Positions 58,845 to 64,000 of a DNA stretch of 64,000 nt are shown piece by piece. Below the pieces are notes generated by a model, which was not told the origin of the DNA, made no database searches, and was given only the letters and a program-made list of their open reading frames with translations. Source of the stretch: the human T2T-CHM13v2.0 reference genome, Homo sapiens; the NCBI RefSeq assembly GCF_009914755.1, contig NC_060948.1; one strand, 5' to 3'. Every line of letters begins with the position of its first letter. Within the stretch, counting starts at the first letter, position 1. The translations under genes and the position numbers were made by a program.

Positions 58845-59795
58845 AAATATGTTTCCTGTTGCTGCAGTAACAAACAATCACAAATTTGGTAGTTCAAAAC
58901 AACATTGCTTTATCTTACAGTTATTGAGGCTAGAAGTCTGAAGCCAGTCTTTTTGGGCTAAACTTAAAGATTTGGTAGGGCTTGTTCCTTCTTAGGGTTC
59001 CATGAAAGAATCTGTTTTCTTAACTTCTTCAAATTCTAGAGGCCACTGCATTTAAAGCTAGCAGCATAGCAAATTCAGATTTATCTCTGACTCTTCCAAG
59101 GGCTTTCATGATTACATAGAGTTTTTCTCAATAATTCAAGATAGTCTCTCCACCTCAACATCTTCAACTTAAACACATCTGCAAGGTACCTTTTACCATA
59201 TATATATAAAGCATTCTGTTATAAAGATACATGCACATTTGTATTTATTGCACCACAGTTCACAATAGCAAAAGATAGAAGCAAGCTAAATGCCCATCAA
59301 TTATAGACTAGGTAAAGAAAATGTGGTATATTTACACCATGGAATACTATGCAGCCATAAAAAAATAATGAGCACATGCCCTTTGCTGAAACTTGTTTGG
59401 AGTTGGAAACTGTTATCCTTAGCAAACTAAGGCAGAAACAGAAAACCAAATACCACATGTTCTCACTTGTAAGTGGAAACTGAATGATGAGAACACATAG
59501 ACACATGGTGGGGAACAACACACACTGGGGCCTCTCACAAGGCAGCGGTGGGGAGGGAGAGCACTAGGAAAAATAGCTAATGCATGCTGGGCTTAGTGCC
59601 TAAGTGACAGGCTCATAGGTGCAGCAAACCAATGTGGCACACTTTTTTACCTGTATAGCAAACTGCAAATCCTGCACATGTACCCTTTAACTTAAAATAA
59701 AAGTAGAAGAAAAAATAAATAAAAATAAATAATAAAGTAATATTAACAGGCTCTGGGATTATGATCTGCTCACTCTCACACTCCATTATTTAGCC
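58845..59795 (-). mobile_element. MLT1 LTR interrupted by an L1 3' end
   Basis: TGCTGCAGTAACAAACAATCACAAA..GGCTAGAAGTCTGAA. Resumes at ~59735 and ends TTTAGCCTACCA. Confidence 0.65.
59205..59735 (+). mobile_element. 5'-truncated old L1PA 3' end
   Basis: GGAATACTATGCAGCCATAAAAA, GGTGCAGCAAACC, CCTGCACATGTACC and an A-rich tail. Confidence 0.9.
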
Positions 59796-60489
59796 TACCA
59801 GAAGATTGCTATGAGAAATGTTACTGGGTGTACACATCAGTAAAATTTGTTGATAGAAGAGAATGTGTGAAAACAGTGGTCTTCTACAATAACACATATA
59901 ATGATCAATTTTGGAGAGGACATCATTTCTCAATGCTCTTTGGCCAATCAATAGAAGTACTGAAATCTCAAGGGTGAGACTGTGCACAGTCAACGCCAGT
60001 AAATGCTTTGAGATTCAACCATAGAAGTTTGGATATAGTTTAAGGAACAGAATCTGGAGTTCCACAGTCCTAGGCCTAACCCCTTAATCAAGACTGTGGT
60101 ACATGTTCATCTGTTGGAAAGGTTTTACAAAGAGAGTCCTTGTCAGAACCACGCTCCTGAATTCCTCAGAATATACAGTCAGGCAAAGATTTAAAGGGAG
60201 CCAGCATAGTCTGTTTGGGAACGTGCAGTATGTCTTTTACTTTGCTTTTAAATTCAAACATGGACAGACAGAGCTAACAAAAATATAATCAGAGACACAC
60301 GTTTTTGGTTTATAGTTGGAGACTGGTGCTCACGCAGTCTTTGTCAAAGGATGTTGCTCCAGACATCCATCAGAACTGAAAGTATTTGAGGTTGTTGGAC
60401 AAAAGGACCCTAGCAACGTGGTGAGATCTTGGTTGAGCCAGGTTAAATGTTTCCAGAATGCAGTGATTCCTGGAACATCTAAAAAAAAC

Positions 60490-61035
60490 ATCAATTTTAT
60501 TTTGTAATTTATGAAAAATAATTGTATATATTCATGGTATACATAATGATGTTTTGATACATACAATGTCAGGTGATCAGGTTTGGGTAATTAGCATATT
60601 CATCATATTAAATATTTATGATTGCTTTGTGCTGGGAACATTCCATATCCTCCTTCTAGCTGTTCTAAACTATGTAATATATTGTTAACTATAGTCATCT
60701 TTTAGTGCTATAGAACAATAGAACTTATACTTCCTATGTAGCTGTAATTTTGCATCCTTTAACAAATCTTTCCTTAAGTTCCTTTACCCCCTACCCCTCC
60801 CAGCTTCTGGTACCATTTGTTTTACTTTAACTTCTTTGAGATGAGTTTGTTTTTTTTGTTGTTGCTTTTGCTTTCTTTGTTTGTTTGCTTTTTGTTTTTT
60901 AGCTTCTATGTATGAGTGAGAACATGTGTGTTTAACTCTCTGTTACTGGATTACTTAATGTCTTCCAGTTCCATCAATGTTGCTGTGAAAGACAAAATTT
61001 TAGTCTTTTTTTATGGCTGGATAGTACTCCATTGG
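60490..61035 (-). mobile_element. L1MA-type 3' end
   Basis: GTACATAATGATGTTTTGATAC-like motif, GGGAACATTCC, TATGAGTGAGAACATG, TTTTATGGCTG. Confidence 0.8.
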
Positions 61036-62135
61036 TTATGTTAATATACATGAAAAATCCTTAAGCATGAAAATAGGGTTTTTTTATGAGTTTTTTTAAT
61101 AAACTTATTTGATCCAGAATACCTTTTATTTCAGAAATATCTTGAATAACTAACATTTTCTATGCCAACACTTTACTGGGTATACATAGCACCTGGAGAT
61201 GTCTTCTTAAGCAAATTTTGACTCCATAGATCTGAAAAAGGGGTCAATATTTTGCTTGTTTAATAAGCTCCCATGTGATGCTGAGGCTGCTGTCCTGAGA
61301 CCACATTTCCAGTCATGAGCAGACATTCAAAGAAATGCAGCAGTTTTATTCACAGAAATCTCTGGAATAGAGGGGGGCATGATTTATATAATAGTCCACC
61401 TTGAGTAAAATCTACACAAAGGTTTTTGAAATGCAGAAAAGGCCTAGTGGAAATTTGCACAAATGCGATTTCATATTACCCAAACATTTGTGGTTGCTCT
61501 AAATGGCTGACAATTCTTTTACTTCAAGGCAATTGTTTAAATGGAATAGAGAATTCTAACAATGTATGAGCAAAAATAATTATCAAAATGTAGATGTTTG
61601 AGAGTTTGTGGAATGAGAGATAAACTAAAGTGAATATTAATTATAAAATTAACCTCTGATTGGAAGAACTGCAGCTTTACAAATGATTCCCTTTAGGGAG
61701 TGAATCATTCTCTACAAACTCTGGTTTGAATTGGACTAAACCCAAACAATGTTGCTTCTTCTTGTGGAGAATAGGGCATTTTTCTCAAGTGATCCATCTC
61801 ACAAGTTAGGAGATGAGGTGGATAAGAGCAGTTGACCTCTAAATTAATAAAACTAGCATTTTAATGTCATTATTCTAATGAAGCAATGGGAATCAATACT
61901 GCAGTTTCAATCACTGAAGTTTTCATAAATGGAATGGCACCCCACCCTATCTTATGAAGACACAGTTTCAGGGCTGGAAATATGAATTTGGAAGAATAGC
62001 TTAAGACATAGTTCTCATAATGCCTTTTCTTTTCTCTGGATGTCACCATCTCAGACTAAGAGTATCATCTAGTATGTTCTAGACTTTCACCAGATGGGGA
62101 GCTTGTATTCAATTCTGAGGGCTCCATTATCAAAT

Positions 62136-62738
62136 TAGCAGAGGCATTTAAAGCAGAGCGACTCAATCTTGAAAGGGTCTCAGTTAAATAAGGCTGGGAC
62201 CTACCGGTCTGGATTCCCAGGAGTTAGGCATCCTTAGTCACAGGATGAGATCGTCACAAGATACAGGTCAAAAAGGACCCCCGATAAAACAAAATGTGTA
62301 AAGAAGCTGGCCAAAACCCAACAAACCTAGATGGCAACAAAAGGGACCTCTCAGTAATCATTATATAATAATTACAATACATGAGCTTGTTGAAAGACAC
62401 TGTCACCAGCACCATGACAGTTTACAAATTTCATGGCAATGTCATGAAGATACCCTCTGTGCTCTAAAAGGGGAGGAACCCTCAGTTGTTGGAAATCCCC
62501 ATGTCTTTCCTAGGAAACTCATAACAATCCACCCTGTGTTTAGTATATGATCAAGAAATAACCATAAAAATAGCCAACCAGAAGCCCTTATGGCTGTTCT
62601 TCCTATGAAACACTCATTCTTTTGTTTCTTTACTTCTCTGATACATTTGCTTTCATTTACTCCATGAACTTGTTCCAAATGCTTTGTTATGTGAGGTCTC
62701 TTCTTTGGGGTCTTGATGGGGAATGCTTTCTGGTAACA
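62136..62738 (+). mobile_element. MER41 (B-like) solo LTR
   Basis: CAGAGGCATTTAAAGCAGAGCGACTCAATCTTGAA start; CACCAGCACCATGACAGTTTACAAAT; CTTTCTGGTAACA end. Confidence 0.85.
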
Positions 62739-63222
62739 AAAGTACCACAAGCAGGATGGCCTAAAGAACACACGCAGATTGTCTTACAATTCTGGAAGCC
62801 AAAAATCTGAGACGTAGATGTTGGCAGTGTTGGTGCCTTCTGGAGGCTCTGGAAGAGAAAATGTTTCATGCCTCACCCATAAGTTCTGGTAGTTTTCTGG
62901 CAATTTTTGTGTTCCTTGACTTGTAGAGGCAACACATCAACCTCTGTAGTCACATTATATGGTGTTCTCTGTAGTCACCTTATATGGTGTTCTCTTTCTT
63001 TTTAACTTTGTCCAAATTTCCACTTCTTAAAAGGTCACCAACCCGAATGACCCCATATTAATTTGATTATCTTCAATGACTACTATGAAATACAATCATG
63101 TACTGAAGTAGTGGGTGTTAGGACACTGTGGGTGGGTCACCCTGAAGGTGGATCTTCCTCTCGCAGTCCTAATCCCCACTACAATATGTAAATTTGGCTG
63201 AGACACAATTCAACCCATAACT
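62739..63222 (-). mobile_element. MLT1 LTR
   Basis: AAAGTACCACA..TCTTACAATTCTGGAAGCC..GACACAATTCAACCCATAAC. Confidence 0.8.
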
Positions 63223-63230
63223 ATACCTGG

Positions 63231-63785
63231 GGTATTATTCAGTGTTCTATAGAGGGAATAAATCAATGGGATATATGTGTAAAGGAAAGGGAGTTTCTTA
63301 GGGAGAACTGACTTTCATGATCACAAGGCAAAGTCCCACAATAGGTCATCAGCAAACTGAGAAGCAAGGAAGCCAGTAGTGGCTCAGTCCAAGTCAAAAA
63401 GCCTCCAAAGTATTGAAGCTGACCGTGCAGCCTTCAGTCTATGGCCAAATGACCAACAGCCCCTGGCAAACCACTGGCGTAAGTCCAACAGTCCAAAAGC
63501 CAAACTTGGAATCTGATGATTGAAGGCAGGAAGCATCCAGCATGGGAGAAAATTGAAGCCTGAAAGACTCAGCAGGTCACCTTCTTCCACCTTCTTCTGC
63601 CTGCTTTTTCAGCCATGCTGGCATCCACTGGATGTTGCCCACCCACATTGTGGGTGGCCCTTCCTGAGGGTGGTTTTCCTTTCCCAGTCCACTGACTCAA
63701 ATGTTAATCTTTTCTGGCAACACCCAGAAACAACACTTTTCATCCTTCAATCCAATCAAATTGACACTTAATGTTAACCATTACA
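63231..63785 (-). mobile_element. MLT2B-like (ERVL) solo LTR with 5-bp TSD CCTGG
   Basis: GAAGCATCCAGCATGGGAGAAA, AATGTTAACCATTACA end. CCTGG at 63226-63230 and 63786-63790. Confidence 0.88.
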
Positions 63786-64000
63786 CCTGGCAATGTCTCA
63801 GCCTGAGATGAATCTGCACAAAATGGCAGCCCCATAGGAGGCAGCCTGAGCCCAGGATATCTGGGCCCTCGGAGCAACTGAATCTTGAAGCCAACTTTAT
63901 TTGGAAGTTGGATTTTTCATATTTTATGCCCCACATTTCAGTTAAGTCATATTAGAGGCTGAAGCTTTTTCTCAAGGTCAGTGATGTCAATTAGCCAGTG

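Overview
Primate (catarrhine, human-like) genomic DNA that is AT-rich and almost entirely made of repeats. I see no credible host exon. Main elements: (1) the 5' part of a degenerate HERV-E-family provirus on the minus strand, with LTR2-type 5' LTR, tRNA-Glu PBS, gag, pro and pol, running off the left edge; (2) an internally deleted HERV-K(HML-3)/MER9 provirus on the minus strand with a 6-bp TSD (CACTCC); (3) a full-length, inactivated L1PA4-6-type LINE-1 with a perfect 16-bp TSD, inserted into an Alu tail; (4) about 25 Alus, several truncated L1s, MaLR/ERVL/MER4/MER41 solo LTRs, hAT MITEs and microsatellites, including an ~880-bp GATA-rich tract. The ORFs I could assign come from retroelements or low-complexity sequence, and the rest are short with no recognisable protein. 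I did not find a convincing new biological system. The most unusual structure is an inverted pair of ~160-bp cassettes at 19.9/20.9 kb, each holding an apparent L1 5'UTR fragment between 10-bp terminal inverted repeats. There is also a recurrent signature of short fold-back and templated insertions. Subfamily names come from recalled consensus sequences and need RepeatMasker/Dfam confirmation. Boundaries of old repeats are approximate.
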